Of a stretch of DNA of 64,000 nt, positions 46,552-56,003 are shown piece by piece; within the stretch, counting starts at the first letter, position 1; the number at the start of each line of letters is the position of its first letter. The notes below the pieces were generated by a model. That model was not told the origin of the DNA, did no database searches, and was given only the letters and a program-made list of their open reading frames with translations. The position numbers were made by a program, and so were the translations under genes. Origin of the DNA: a bacterium (lineage in GTDB: Bacteria; Hydrothermota; Tepidihabitantia; SM23-42; JAOAFX01); NCBI GenBank assembly GCA_036796695.1, contig DAIRCK010000001.1, forward strand, positions 128,145 through 192,144, written 5' to 3'.

Positions 46552-47139
46552 TTATAATTCGTTTCTTCCTTCAAATGCACGGAGGATTGTGGTTCCGTCT
46601 GCAAGTCCAAGGTCACTTCCAGTAGGCAATCCTCTTGCTATCCTCGTCACTTTTATATTTAATGGTTTGAGTAACTTTGCAATGTATAGTGCTGTGACAT
46701 CACCTTCGGTTGTGGGATTTGTTGCTATTATAATCTCATTCACTTTATGGTTCTTTATCCTTTCTAATAGACTTTTAATCCTTATATCTTCTGGTCCAAC
46801 ATTGTCAATCGGTGATATCACACCGTGTAAAATATGGTAAAGGCCTTTATATTCACCAATCTTTTCTATAACCATCACATCCGCAGGTTGTTCAACAACA
46901 CATATAACTTCTCTATTACGATTCGGTGCAGAACATATCTCACAGGGGTCGGTCTCACCAAGATTATGGCAGTTTGAGCATTCTTTTAATTCAAGCCTTG
47001 CCCTCAGGATTGCATCAGTCAATTCTCTGACTCGCGAAACCTCCATTTTCTGAAGAAAAAATGCCAGGCGCTGGGCGGTCTTTTTCCCAATGCCAGGTAG
47101 CCACTGAAGTCTTTCAATGAGATCATCCAATAGCGGCAT
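46552..47139 (-). CDS. recR: Recombination protein RecR.
   Basis: HhH ('LPGIGKKTAQRLAF'), Zn finger 'CSNCHNLGETDPCEIC' and a Toprim domain. Start is taken at MPLLDD; the ORF-track start at 47190 is also possible. Confidence 0.85.
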   Translation of the reverse strand: MPLLDDLIERLQWLPGIGKKTAQRLAFFLQKMEVSRVRELTDAILRARLELKECSNCHNLGETDPCEICSAPNRNREVICVVEQPADVMVIEKIGEYKGLYHILHGVISPIDNVGPEDIRIKSLLERIKNHKVNEIIIATNPTTEGDVTALYIAKLLKPLNIKVTRIARGLPTGSDLGLADGTTILRAFEGRNEL

Positions 47140-47226
47140 ATTCCATTTTAACCAGAAATTTAGCCAAGTCAATGCCCACTTGATGAGCACTCCAATATTG
47201 AAATCATAAAAAATCTGGATAGAATA

Positions 47227-48003
47227 TTGATTGTGAAACTACTTTTTATCGGTGATATAATTGGAGAACCAGGGAGAAAAAAGATTGCCCAATCCGTTCC
47301 TGAATTGATTAAAAAAGAAGGCATATTCTTCACGATTGTCCAGGGAGAAAACCTTGCGGGTGGAATAGGAATAACTGAAAAGACTGCAAAAGAGGTTTTT
47401 AATTGTGGTGTTGATTGTATCACAACCGGGAATCACATCTGGAAATACAAGGAAGTTTATAAATACCTGGATTCAGAACCAAGACTCCTAAGACCTGCAA
47501 ATTATCCTGATGGTGTTCCTGGAAAAGGATATAATATCTTTGAAAAAATGGGGATAAAAATTGGCGTGCTCAATCTCGAAGGAAGGGTATTTATGAAACC
47601 GATCGAAGATCCATTCAAAACAGGAAAAAAGATTATAGAAGAGATACAAAAACAGACAAAAAATATATTTATTGATTTTCACGCTGAGGCAACGAGTGAA
47701 AAAAGGGCACTCTCTTTCTATCTCTGCGATTATGCAACAGGTATAATCGGCACCCATACCCATATTCAAACTGCGGATGAACAAATTATCAATCAAAAGT
47801 GTGCATATATAACCGATGCAGGTATGGTAGGCTCAATCGATTCAATCATCGGTATAAGAAAAGAAGAAATAATAGCGCATTTTTTGCTCCACTTACCACA
47901 AAAATTCAGTGTGGCAAAGGAAAATATAGTGGGTAATGGCGTTATTATTGAATTCGACGAAAATCAGGGTATTGCAAAAGGAATAAAGCGCATAATTTTT
48001 TAA
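47227..48003 (+). CDS. YmdB-family metallophosphoesterase (2',3'-cNMP phosphodiesterase-like, TIGR00282).
   Basis: 'KLLFIGDIIGEPGR' and 'IVQGENLAGGIGITEKTAKEVFNCGVDCITTGNHIW'. Confidence 0.8.
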   Translation: MIVKLLFIGDIIGEPGRKKIAQSVPELIKKEGIFFTIVQGENLAGGIGITEKTAKEVFNCGVDCITTGNHIWKYKEVYKYLDSEPRLLRPANYPDGVPGKGYNIFEKMGIKIGVLNLEGRVFMKPIEDPFKTGKKIIEEIQKQTKNIFIDFHAEATSEKRALSFYLCDYATGIIGTHTHIQTADEQIINQKCAYITDAGMVGSIDSIIGIRKEEIIAHFLLHLPQKFSVAKENIVGNGVIIEFDENQGIAKGIKRIIF

Positions 48004-48162
48004 ATTAAAACTATAATCCATTTTACCAAAAGATAATGTGTTATACTTTTGTGCAATATTTATTTGAAACAATAAATTAAACCCCCCAAAATTACGAGAC
48101 TTAAGTCTAATATAATTGGCACAAAAATTGCATAATAAAAATATCAGAAAAAGGAGAATAAA

Positions 48163-48711
48163 ATGAAAAAGATAATTTTATTAATTGCCCTGCCCCTTAT
48201 TCTCTCTCTGGCAGGTAGGTTCGGGGTTGGTCTGGGTGGATTTGGTGAATATGAAGAAAATTATACCCTTCAAAACTATAACCAGTTAAATAAAATGTTC
48301 TACTCTGCTGAAATTCACTTATCTGCCGAAGCCCTTCCATTTATGTTCATAGAGCCGAGTGCCTCAGTCGTGAACGATGCATTGACAAATAAAATGGTTC
48401 CTGGTGTAGGATTGAGGATAAATGTTGCGCCAAGGCTTGGTAAATTCTTTCTTGCACCTTTCTTCGGAATAGAAGGAAACATTCTATTTTATAATCCAAA
48501 AATGGAACTTAAAGATGCTGCATATTCACAGAGATTGGAAGAATATTTTGAAAACTCATCCCCAAGGGCAACCGGAACAGGATTTGGTGGTCTATCAATA
48601 TACTTTGGCAAATCTGTCTCCCTTGATTGTCATTACCGTTACCTTTATCTTGCCAAAGGAATCGGGATTGAAATGGTGGGTGGTGGTTTGACTTACTACA
48701 TCAACTGGTGA
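48163..48711 (+). CDS. Small outer-membrane beta-barrel protein (OmpW/OmpA-N-like), hypothetical.
   Basis: Signal peptide, alternating hydrophobic beta-strand pattern and an aromatic C-terminus ('LTYYINW'). Confidence 0.45.
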   Translation: MKKIILLIALPLILSLAGRFGVGLGGFGEYEENYTLQNYNQLNKMFYSAEIHLSAEALPFMFIEPSASVVNDALTNKMVPGVGLRINVAPRLGKFFLAPFFGIEGNILFYNPKMELKDAAYSQRLEEYFENSSPRATGTGFGGLSIYFGKSVSLDCHYRYLYLAKGIGIEMVGGGLTYYINW

Positions 48712-49393
48712 AGGAATCATTATCTAATCTTGATTTGCTCTGAATTTCTGCCTTTTTCAAATTACTCCTGGTCAAAAATCCCAGAGTAATTACAACGACT
48801 ATCACCAGCAGGGCAAGAAAAGTCTTCGTAAACAATAGAAAGTCGAATATTCCATGTGTTAGTATTGCAAATAATATGCCAATGGTTATCAATCCCTTCT
48901 CATTTCGTTTATCAAACTTTGCCTTCCCAATATAATAGCCCATCAATGCACCAAAAAAAGCGTGTCCAGGGACCGAGAGGAATGCCCTCAATATTCCTGT
49001 TCCTGCACCATATTCAAAGACATAAAAAATATTTTCTATTGTTGCAAAGCCAAGTGATGAGGCAACACAATATACAATTCCATCCATAACCTCATCAAAT
49101 TCAACATTTTTATAAATCGAGAATTTCACAACCAGGAATTTCAGAATTTCTTCAGTAGGTGCGACAAGGATAAATGCAAGTAAAAAAGCATTTAGCAGCG
49201 GATAAGAAGTGGAGGAAAAAATTGGTTCAAGCAATCCTTCAATTATCGTACCGGGGAGAACCATCAAGGCACCTAAAAAATAAATCTTTATGATATATCT
49301 TTTTGGTTCAGGTTCATATTTATCACGGTGGATAAAATACCAGAAAAGAAAAAGGCAGGGTGCAAGTGCAATGAGCAATAGGACGAAAAACAT
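48701..49393 (-). CDS. PrsW-family intramembrane metalloprotease.
   Basis: Polytopic, with 'EEILKFLVVKF' (the EExxK motif), 'FATIENIFY' and 'HAFFGALMGYYIG'. Confidence 0.7.
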   Translation of the reverse strand: MFFVLLLIALAPCLFLFWYFIHRDKYEPEPKRYIIKIYFLGALMVLPGTIIEGLLEPIFSSTSYPLLNAFLLAFILVAPTEEILKFLVVKFSIYKNVEFDEVMDGIVYCVASSLGFATIENIFYVFEYGAGTGILRAFLSVPGHAFFGALMGYYIGKAKFDKRNEKGLITIGILFAILTHGIFDFLLFTKTFLALLVIVVVITLGFLTRSNLKKAEIQSKSRLDNDSFTS

Positions 49394-49481
49394 TTTAAAT
49401 ATTATTCAATATAAGATCATTGTCAATATAATCACAATGTATGACTTGACTTAGTTTTATATTGGCATAAAATATAGATCT

Positions 49482-50114
49482 ATGGAATTAAATAAAATAC
49501 TTATTAGAAAAAAGGCGATACTCTTTGACCTTGATGGTGTGCTTGTTGATACATATAAGGTGTGGTTTCGGTTGTTTAATAAGACATTGAAGCATTTTGG
49601 TTACAAAACAATACCATTAAAAGTCTTTGCTCAAAACTGGGGTAAGAGCACTGAAGAAGATGTCAGAATATTTATGCCTGGGGTAAAAATAAAAGATGTC
49701 AAAAGATATTTTTCAATAAATTTTTCAGAATTTACGAAATATATGAAGGTAAATCCAGAGGCGAAAAAAATTTTGAGCAAACTAAAAGAAATGGGTTTAA
49801 AGATTGGATGTATCACCAACTCCCACCGGGATATAACAAACCGAGAAATCAAAATGGCAGGGTTAAAAAAATTTTTTGATGTCATCATTACTGCCGATGA
49901 TGTGAAAAGACCAAAACCCGAACCTGATATGTTATTAAAAGCGTGTAAAAGATTAAGGGTCAAAGTTAATGAAGTTATTTTTATAGGTGATACAAAGACT
50001 GATTTGATGACCGCAGAGAAAGCAGGATGTTTGTTCATTGGTTACAAGATGCAATCCCAATTGCGAATTAAGAAACTGAGCCAGATAGTCTCTTTAATAC
50101 ACGATATTCCTTGA
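49482..50114 (+). CDS. HAD-superfamily hydrolase (subfamily IA, beta-PGM-like).
   Basis: 'AILFDLDGVLVDT' (motif I), 'GCITNS' (motif II) and 'FIGDTKTDLMTAEKAG' (motif IV). Confidence 0.75.
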   Translation: MELNKILIRKKAILFDLDGVLVDTYKVWFRLFNKTLKHFGYKTIPLKVFAQNWGKSTEEDVRIFMPGVKIKDVKRYFSINFSEFTKYMKVNPEAKKILSKLKEMGLKIGCITNSHRDITNREIKMAGLKKFFDVIITADDVKRPKPEPDMLLKACKRLRVKVNEVIFIGDTKTDLMTAEKAGCLFIGYKMQSQLRIKKLSQIVSLIHDIP

Positions 50115-50370
50115 TTTATGATACAGGATGCAGGATACGAAATGAGACAATTCAAATTAAATACCCTTTTTCTCCATTATCTTTAAAAATCGTCTATCGT
50201 TGGACGGTTTTGCAGCCCGTATCGTGTATCAACAATAGGTTAAGTTAAAAAAATAACAAATAACGTTGCCTTTTATGACGAAACGGGCATCATAACCGTT
50301 CAACCCTATTTTTTACCATTTATTTGCAAGACTAAATCCTTGCCCTCCTTCTCTTTCCGTTTCACACATT

Positions 50371-50456
50371 ATCCCTTCTTCACCCTTATTTACCCCTCTT
50401 TACCCTTATTTACCCCCCTCTTCACCCCTCTTGTCGCCCTTTAGCCCTCTTGAGCC
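50371..50456 (+). repeat. Pyrimidine-rich degenerate tandem repeat tract (YYTTYACCC-like units) upstream of the repeat-protein gene.
   Basis: atcccttcttcaccc / ttatttaccc / ctctttaccc / ttatttaccc / ccctcttcaccc / ctcttgtcgccc / tttagccc / tcttgagcc. About 8 units of 8-12 nt, strongly C/T-biased on the + strand. Confidence 0.5.
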
Positions 50457-50555
50457 TTTTAAGAAATTAGAGATATCCTCTTGATAATAGAAGAATTTTA
50501 ATTATAATCTTAAATGAATCGAATTACAATTATTCTTCTAACAAAGGAGTAATAA

Positions 50556-52478
50556 ATGAAAAATTTTAGTCATACTATTTTGATTATCCTATTTACCAGT
50601 TCTGCCCTCTTTTCTGCTAATACAGAAATTGAGACAATCATAAAAAATGTAGCAAATAGAGTAAATGTTCCTGTATCAGATCTAAAGATTGAAAAAGATG
50701 ACCTTGAATTCTATGGGTATGGTAAATTCCGCACCAGGTTATTTGACCTGTTTATCAGAAATCCACTAAAGATTGACCCCTATATTAGAACCCTATCAAA
50801 AACCATCTTAAATAATGCTGATTCACTCTGGGCAATAAGTTATTTCTCCTGGGCAAGGATTGATGAAGGTGTGCGAAGGGGATTGATTGAGCGTCCAGAT
50901 GAAACTTTGATTAATTCGTTACCAAAAGGCGAAGAATTAAACCAGAAATTGATTATTCTATTACAAGACTCATACAATGCCGATACCACAGGGATTAAGG
51001 AATTGCCCGAGGCAATAAGAATCGGCATTTTTCTGATATTAACAGTAATAAAAAGTTCAATCGATTTGATACAAAAAGGGACTGAAGATTTATCAGTGAA
51101 TGATGCACAAAAAATTGTTCAACAACTTGCTGAATCTGGAGAAGATGGATTATCCAATCGCCATATTGAAACTTTGATTGAGCGGATTGATTTCAAGTTA
51201 ATTTCCGCAGGTGCAATAGATTTATCTTATGTTTTGCAGACTGTGATAGATTTGATGAGGAACGAAGAATTGAAGAAAAAAATTAAGATAGATACAAAAT
51301 TGGGTCCGGTTGTTCTTGGTTCAAAAGAAGATGACCGATACGAACCCTTCCCCTATCTTTTAATAATTGATTTTGGTGGTAATGATACATATATGTCAGG
51401 TGGTGTATCAGACAGGAAACATCCAGTTTCAATCATCATAGATTACTCAGGAAACGACGAATACAACGGTGAGACTGGTTGCGGGACAGGTATTGCAGGT
51501 ATTGGGTTTGTTATTGATTTTGAAGGAAATGATAGATATACCGCAGAAAGATTTGGTCTGGGAACAGGAATATTTGGCCAGGGTATCATTCTGGACCTTG
51601 ATGGTGATGATGAATACAAAACAGAGATCTATGGTATAGGTGCAGGGCTATTTGGCACAGGCGTTATCTCAGATCAATCAGGCAATGACAAATACATTGG
51701 ATTTCAGGGATGCCAGGGATTTGGATTTGTAAAAGGCTGTGGTCTGCTCATTGATAAAGAAGGGAATGATACATATATTGCCCGTGATGATACTATTAGA
51801 TTTCCATCGCCACAAACAAAAGAACATAATGCAAGCCTTTCCCAGGGGGCTGGTTTTGGTGTAAGGGCAGATTATACAGATGGGCATTCATTAGCTGGCG
51901 GTGTAGGAATGTTGATTGATGGGAATGGCGATGATAAATACTCCTGTGGTGTTTTTGGCCAGGGCTGTGCATACTGGTTTGGCGCAGGATTTTTAATTGA
52001 TTATAATGGGAATGATATATACAATGGGGCCTGGTATGTTCAGGGCGCAGGCGCACACTTTGCCCTTGGGGTCTTAATTGATTCTACAGGGAGCGATATA
52101 TATACTGCAACGCATAATATGGCACAGGGTGCAGGGCATGATTTTACAATTGGAATCCTCCTTGATTATGAGGGCAATGATTTACATAATGCCCCGAACT
52201 TGAGCCTTGGTGCAGGAAATGCGAATGGAATGGGATTATTCATTGACATAAAAGGCGATGACAGATATACCACACACAGCGGTATAACACTTGGTAATGC
52301 AAACACGGCAAGCCGTGGGACTATTAGGGATTATATGCGAACAATTGGAATCTTTATTGATTGCGAAGGGAAAGATATTTATTCTGAAAAATTTGCCGGT
52401 GATAAAAAGATCTGGCGTCAGAGGCCACCATTAGAACCACCATTAAAAACAGAAACAGGGATTGGTATTGATTTCTGA
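50556..52478 (+). CDS. Secreted hypothetical protein with a ~250-aa N-terminal region and ~12 degenerate ~23-aa repeats ending in [GD][ND]DxY. Predicted beta-solenoid.
   Basis: Signal peptide 'MKNFSHTILIILFTSSALFSA'. Repeats include 'IIDFGGNDTYMSG', 'IIDYSGNDEYNGE', 'VIDFEGNDRYTAE', 'ILDLDGDDEYKTE', 'ISDQSGNDKYIGF', 'LIDKEGNDTYIAR', 'LIDGNGDDKYSCG', 'LIDYNGNDIYNGA', 'LIDSTGSDIYTAT', 'LLDYEGNDLHNAP', 'FIDIKGDDRYTTH' and 'FIDCEGKDIYSEK'. Each is preceded by a G-x-G-rich segment. Confidence 0.6.
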   Translation: MKNFSHTILIILFTSSALFSANTEIETIIKNVANRVNVPVSDLKIEKDDLEFYGYGKFRTRLFDLFIRNPLKIDPYIRTLSKTILNNADSLWAISYFSWARIDEGVRRGLIERPDETLINSLPKGEELNQKLIILLQDSYNADTTGIKELPEAIRIGIFLILTVIKSSIDLIQKGTEDLSVNDAQKIVQQLAESGEDGLSNRHIETLIERIDFKLISAGAIDLSYVLQTVIDLMRNEELKKKIKIDTKLGPVVLGSKEDDRYEPFPYLLIIDFGGNDTYMSGGVSDRKHPVSIIIDYSGNDEYNGETGCGTGIAGIGFVIDFEGNDRYTAERFGLGTGIFGQGIILDLDGDDEYKTEIYGIGAGLFGTGVISDQSGNDKYIGFQGCQGFGFVKGCGLLIDKEGNDTYIARDDTIRFPSPQTKEHNASLSQGAGFGVRADYTDGHSLAGGVGMLIDGNGDDKYSCGVFGQGCAYWFGAGFLIDYNGNDIYNGAWYVQGAGAHFALGVLIDSTGSDIYTATHNMAQGAGHDFTIGILLDYEGNDLHNAPNLSLGAGNANGMGLFIDIKGDDRYTTHSGITLGNANTASRGTIRDYMRTIGIFIDCEGKDIYSEKFAGDKKIWRQRPPLEPPLKTETGIGIDF

Positions 52479-52554
52479 ATAACTAACTCCCAAATCCAAA
52501 ACATAACTGTGCTGACCCTTGACTTTAATTAAATTTTATGTTATATTAATAGTT

Positions 52555-54273
52555 ATGATATTATCTAAGGCATTGATTGAAACCTTAAGGGAAGACCCAA
52601 AGGATGCTGAGTTGAAAAGCCACAAACTCCTTGTGCGTGCGGGCTTTTTAAAACAGCACGGTGCTGGAATCCATACCTATCTGCCCTTAGCCTGGCGGGT
52701 ATTGCTAAAGATTGCAAATATCATTCGTGAAGAAATGGACCGAATAGGTTCACAGGAACTCTTAATGCCTGCCTTATCACCAAAGGAAATCTGGGAGGAA
52801 TCCGGAAGATGGAAGGATTTTGGAGATGATATGTTCAGGTTAAAAGACCGAAAGAACAGGGATTATTGCCTCTGCCCTACTCATGAAGAGGTTATTACTG
52901 AGATTGCCCGCAACTATATCAGGTCATATCGTGACCTACCACAGATATGGTATCAGATTCAAACAAAATTCAGGGACGAACCAAGGCCCCGGGGTGGCGT
53001 AATTCGTTCACGGCAATTTCTGATGAAAGACTCTTATAGTCTTGATATTGATGAGGAAGGACTGGACAGAAGTTTCAATCTACACAAAGAAGCATATTCG
53101 AGGATATTCACAAGATGCGGATTGAATTTTGTGATTGTTGATGCATCTGGTGGTCTGATGGGCACGGGTGAGTCAAAGGAATTTATGGCGATTGTAGAAG
53201 GTGGTGAAGATAGGATTGTAATGTGTCCAAAGTGTGGATACCGCTCAAATCTTGCAATTGCAGAAGGAATTGGTGAATATGTATCCTTTTCTGAAGGTAA
53301 TGTGGAAAAAGTAGCAACACCAGGTAAAAGAACGGTTGAGGAAGTAAGTCAATTTTTGAATGTAAAACCATCAAATTTGATAAAAAATATGTTTATGACT
53401 GCCCGGGATAAAGAGCCGGTTCTCATTCTGATCCGTGGTGATTATGAAATAAATGAAGAGAAACTGAAAAAAATTATTGGTAATGACTATCAACCTGCCA
53501 GTGCTGAAGAAATCCAGAAATATTTTCGTGCTGAACCCGGATTTATTGGACCTGTGGGAATATCAAATATCAAAATAATTGCTGATGATCTATTAAAAGA
53601 TACAAAGGGTATGGTTACCGGTGCCAATGAGAATGATTATCATATCAAGGGTGTGAGTATCAACCGGGATGTAAATGTAAAGAGTTATTATAATATCAGA
53701 CAGATAAAAAATGGTGATCGATGTATAAATTGTGGTAAAGAATTAAAAATAAATAGCGCCCTTGAGTTAGGACATATATTTAAATTAGGGACAAAGTATT
53801 CTGCAAGTATGGGTGCCTATTTTCTCGACCCCGAAGGAAAGGAAAAGCCGATTGTAATGGGAAGTTATGGGATAGGACTGGAAAGGATTATGGCATGTGC
53901 AGTTGAACAAAAAGGTGATGAAAAAGGGATTATCTGGCCTATCTCTATTGCACCATTTGATATTTATCTTTTAATCTTAAATCCCCAGGACCAAGGTATA
54001 AAGAAGATAAGCAATGCTGTAATTGGGTTCTTAAATGATGCAAATTTCTCAATGATTGTTGATGACCGCGATCTCTCTGCAGGAATAAAATTTAATGATG
54101 CTGACCTTATTGGTATTCCTTTGAGAATGACAATAGGACCAAAAGGGTTAAAAAACAATAAATTTGACATATCCATCAGGGAATCTGGTGAAAAGATTGA
54201 ATGTAGTTTAGAGCAAATCGTGGAAGTCTGTGCAAAATTAAAAGAAAGATTGATGGCGGGTTTAAATGTATAA
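52555..54273 (+). CDS. proS: Proline--tRNA ligase (bacterial type, with INS editing domain).
   Basis: 'LIETLREDPKDAELKSHKLLVRAGF', 'QIQTKFRDEPRPRGGVIRSRQFLMKDSYS' (motif 2) and 'MGSYGIGLERIMA' (motif 3). Start is at the internal Met 'MILSK'. Confidence 0.9.
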   Translation: MILSKALIETLREDPKDAELKSHKLLVRAGFLKQHGAGIHTYLPLAWRVLLKIANIIREEMDRIGSQELLMPALSPKEIWEESGRWKDFGDDMFRLKDRKNRDYCLCPTHEEVITEIARNYIRSYRDLPQIWYQIQTKFRDEPRPRGGVIRSRQFLMKDSYSLDIDEEGLDRSFNLHKEAYSRIFTRCGLNFVIVDASGGLMGTGESKEFMAIVEGGEDRIVMCPKCGYRSNLAIAEGIGEYVSFSEGNVEKVATPGKRTVEEVSQFLNVKPSNLIKNMFMTARDKEPVLILIRGDYEINEEKLKKIIGNDYQPASAEEIQKYFRAEPGFIGPVGISNIKIIADDLLKDTKGMVTGANENDYHIKGVSINRDVNVKSYYNIRQIKNGDRCINCGKELKINSALELGHIFKLGTKYSASMGAYFLDPEGKEKPIVMGSYGIGLERIMACAVEQKGDEKGIIWPISIAPFDIYLLILNPQDQGIKKISNAVIGFLNDANFSMIVDDRDLSAGIKFNDADLIGIPLRMTIGPKGLKNNKFDISIRESGEKIECSLEQIVEVCAKLKERLMAGLNV

Positions 54274-54724
54274 GATTGACTTGCAAAGAATTGAAACAAT
54301 GATAAAAGAAATAGTTGAACCACTTGATTTCAGGCTCTATGACCTTCAGTTCAATGAAGTCTCACGGACTTTAAAGGTGTTTATTGACCGTGAACAGGGC
54401 GGCATCACAATCAAAGATTGTGAAAAAGTTAGTAATGCATTATCAGAAACTCTGGACAATTCTAATATAATTGATTTTCAATATACCCTTGAGGTATCAT
54501 CACCCGGGATTGAAAGAAATCTTACCAGACCTGAACATTTCCAGTGGGCAAGGGGTAAAATGGCAGAAATAACTTTAAAGGATAAAAGAATAAAAGGTTA
54601 CATTAGAGAAGCAGACCAAAATTCTGTCAGGATTGTTCAGGCAGCAGAAGAGGTGATTATAAAATTTGATGAAATTATTAAAGCAAAAATCACCGAGGAG
54701 ATTGATTATGGCAAACGAAGATAA
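54266..54724 (+). CDS. rimP: Ribosome maturation factor RimP.
   Basis: 'LEVSSPGIERNLTRPEHFQ' signature. Positioned upstream of nusA. Confidence 0.85.
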   Translation: MYKIDLQRIETMIKEIVEPLDFRLYDLQFNEVSRTLKVFIDREQGGITIKDCEKVSNALSETLDNSNIIDFQYTLEVSSPGIERNLTRPEHFQWARGKMAEITLKDKRIKGYIREADQNSVRIVQAAEEVIIKFDEIIKAKITEEIDYGKRR

Positions 54725-56003
54725 TCTGATAATCGAAAATATCAAAACCATTGCCCGTATCCGCGGGGTAAAATTTGATTATGTAATTGATTCTCTTGCC
54801 GAGGCGATAAAGGCAGGTGTAAAAAGAAAGTTTGGTAAAGGCGTTGAATCAGAAGTAAATGTGAATAAATCAACAGGTGAGATAAAGATTAATATTGTAA
54901 AAAAAGTAGTAGAAAAAGTGAATGAACCGGATAAAGAGATTTTACTTGAAGATGCAAAAAAGATTAAAGAATGTAATATAGGTGATGAAATAAGAATACC
55001 GATACCGATAGGTGAGCTTGGTAGAACCGCAATTGAATCGGTAAAGCAGGCACTGACCCAACGTATCAGTGAGGCAGAACGAAACAGAATTATGGCTGAA
55101 TATGAAAAGAAAATTGGTGAGATTGTAAAAGGAATTGTAAAGGTAGTGAGTCGCAATGAAGTTCTGGTTGATCTGGGTCCGATTGAAGCCAGTATTCCAA
55201 GTTATGGAATGATGAGAAGCGAACATTATCGGCTTGATTCTCCAATTCGTGCCGTTGTCTTAAAGGTCGAACGTGCCCAGTGGGGGCCAAAAATCATTTT
55301 ATCAAGGACCGATCCAAAATTCCTGGAAAGATTGTTATTCTATGAAATACCGGAGATAAAAGACGGTATCATCCAGATCGTAAAAATTGTTCGTGAACCA
55401 GGGGTAAGGGCAAAAGTTGCTGTCCAGACACTTGACCCAAAGATAGATCCGATCGGTGCCTGTGTGGGCTACAAAGGAAGCAGGATACAATCAATTGTAA
55501 AAGAATTGTCTGAAGAGAAGATAGATGTTATACAATGGAGTAAAGATGTCAATCTTCTGGTTACAAGGAGTCTTTCCCCTGCCAAGGTAAAAGAAATCAA
55601 ACAAATTGGCGAAGGAAGTGTTCTGGCGATTGTTCCTGATGAAGATTATTCCAAGGCAATCGGCAAAAATGGTGTGAATGTTGACCTTGCTTCAAAACTT
55701 ACAGGACTGCACATCGAAATCAAGAAAATATCTGAATATGAAAAAGAACTGGAAGAAAAGAAATTGAAAGAGACGAAGATTGAAGACATCCCGGATTTGA
55801 GCAAAAAGATGAAAAAGATGTTGATTGATAAAGGTTATACAGATGTTTTGAGTGTTCTGAAAGCAACCCCTGATGAATTAAAGACACTTCTTTCTCTGGA
55901 TGATGAAGGCGTCAATGAATTGTTAGAAAAATTAAAACCAAAGAAAGAAGAAAAACCAGACGAAAAAGTTAAGGAGATAAAAGATGCCCCAAAAAGTCCA
56001 TGA
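54708..56003 (+). CDS. nusA: Transcription termination/antitermination factor NusA.
   Basis: N-terminal domain, S1 ('GEIVKGIVKVVSRNEVLVDLG'), KH1/KH2 ('IGACVGYKGSRIQSI', 'AIGKNGVNVDLASKLTG') and a C-terminal acidic region. Confidence 0.9.
   Translation: MANEDNLIIENIKTIARIRGVKFDYVIDSLAEAIKAGVKRKFGKGVESEVNVNKSTGEIKINIVKKVVEKVNEPDKEILLEDAKKIKECNIGDEIRIPIPIGELGRTAIESVKQALTQRISEAERNRIMAEYEKKIGEIVKGIVKVVSRNEVLVDLGPIEASIPSYGMMRSEHYRLDSPIRAVVLKVERAQWGPKIILSRTDPKFLERLLFYEIPEIKDGIIQIVKIVREPGVRAKVAVQTLDPKIDPIGACVGYKGSRIQSIVKELSEEKIDVIQWSKDVNLLVTRSLSPAKVKEIKQIGEGSVLAIVPDEDYSKAIGKNGVNVDLASKLTGLHIEIKKISEYEKELEEKKLKETKIEDIPDLSKKMKKMLIDKGYTDVLSVLKATPDELKTLLSLDDEGVNELLEKLKPKKEEKPDEKVKEIKDAPKSP

Noticed and set aside
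50120-50555. CRISPR array or tRNA genes in the long AT/CT-rich intergenic region.
   Set aside because: The repeats are short (8-12 nt), degenerate and contiguous, with no spacers. No cloverleaf-compatible tRNA sequence is present.
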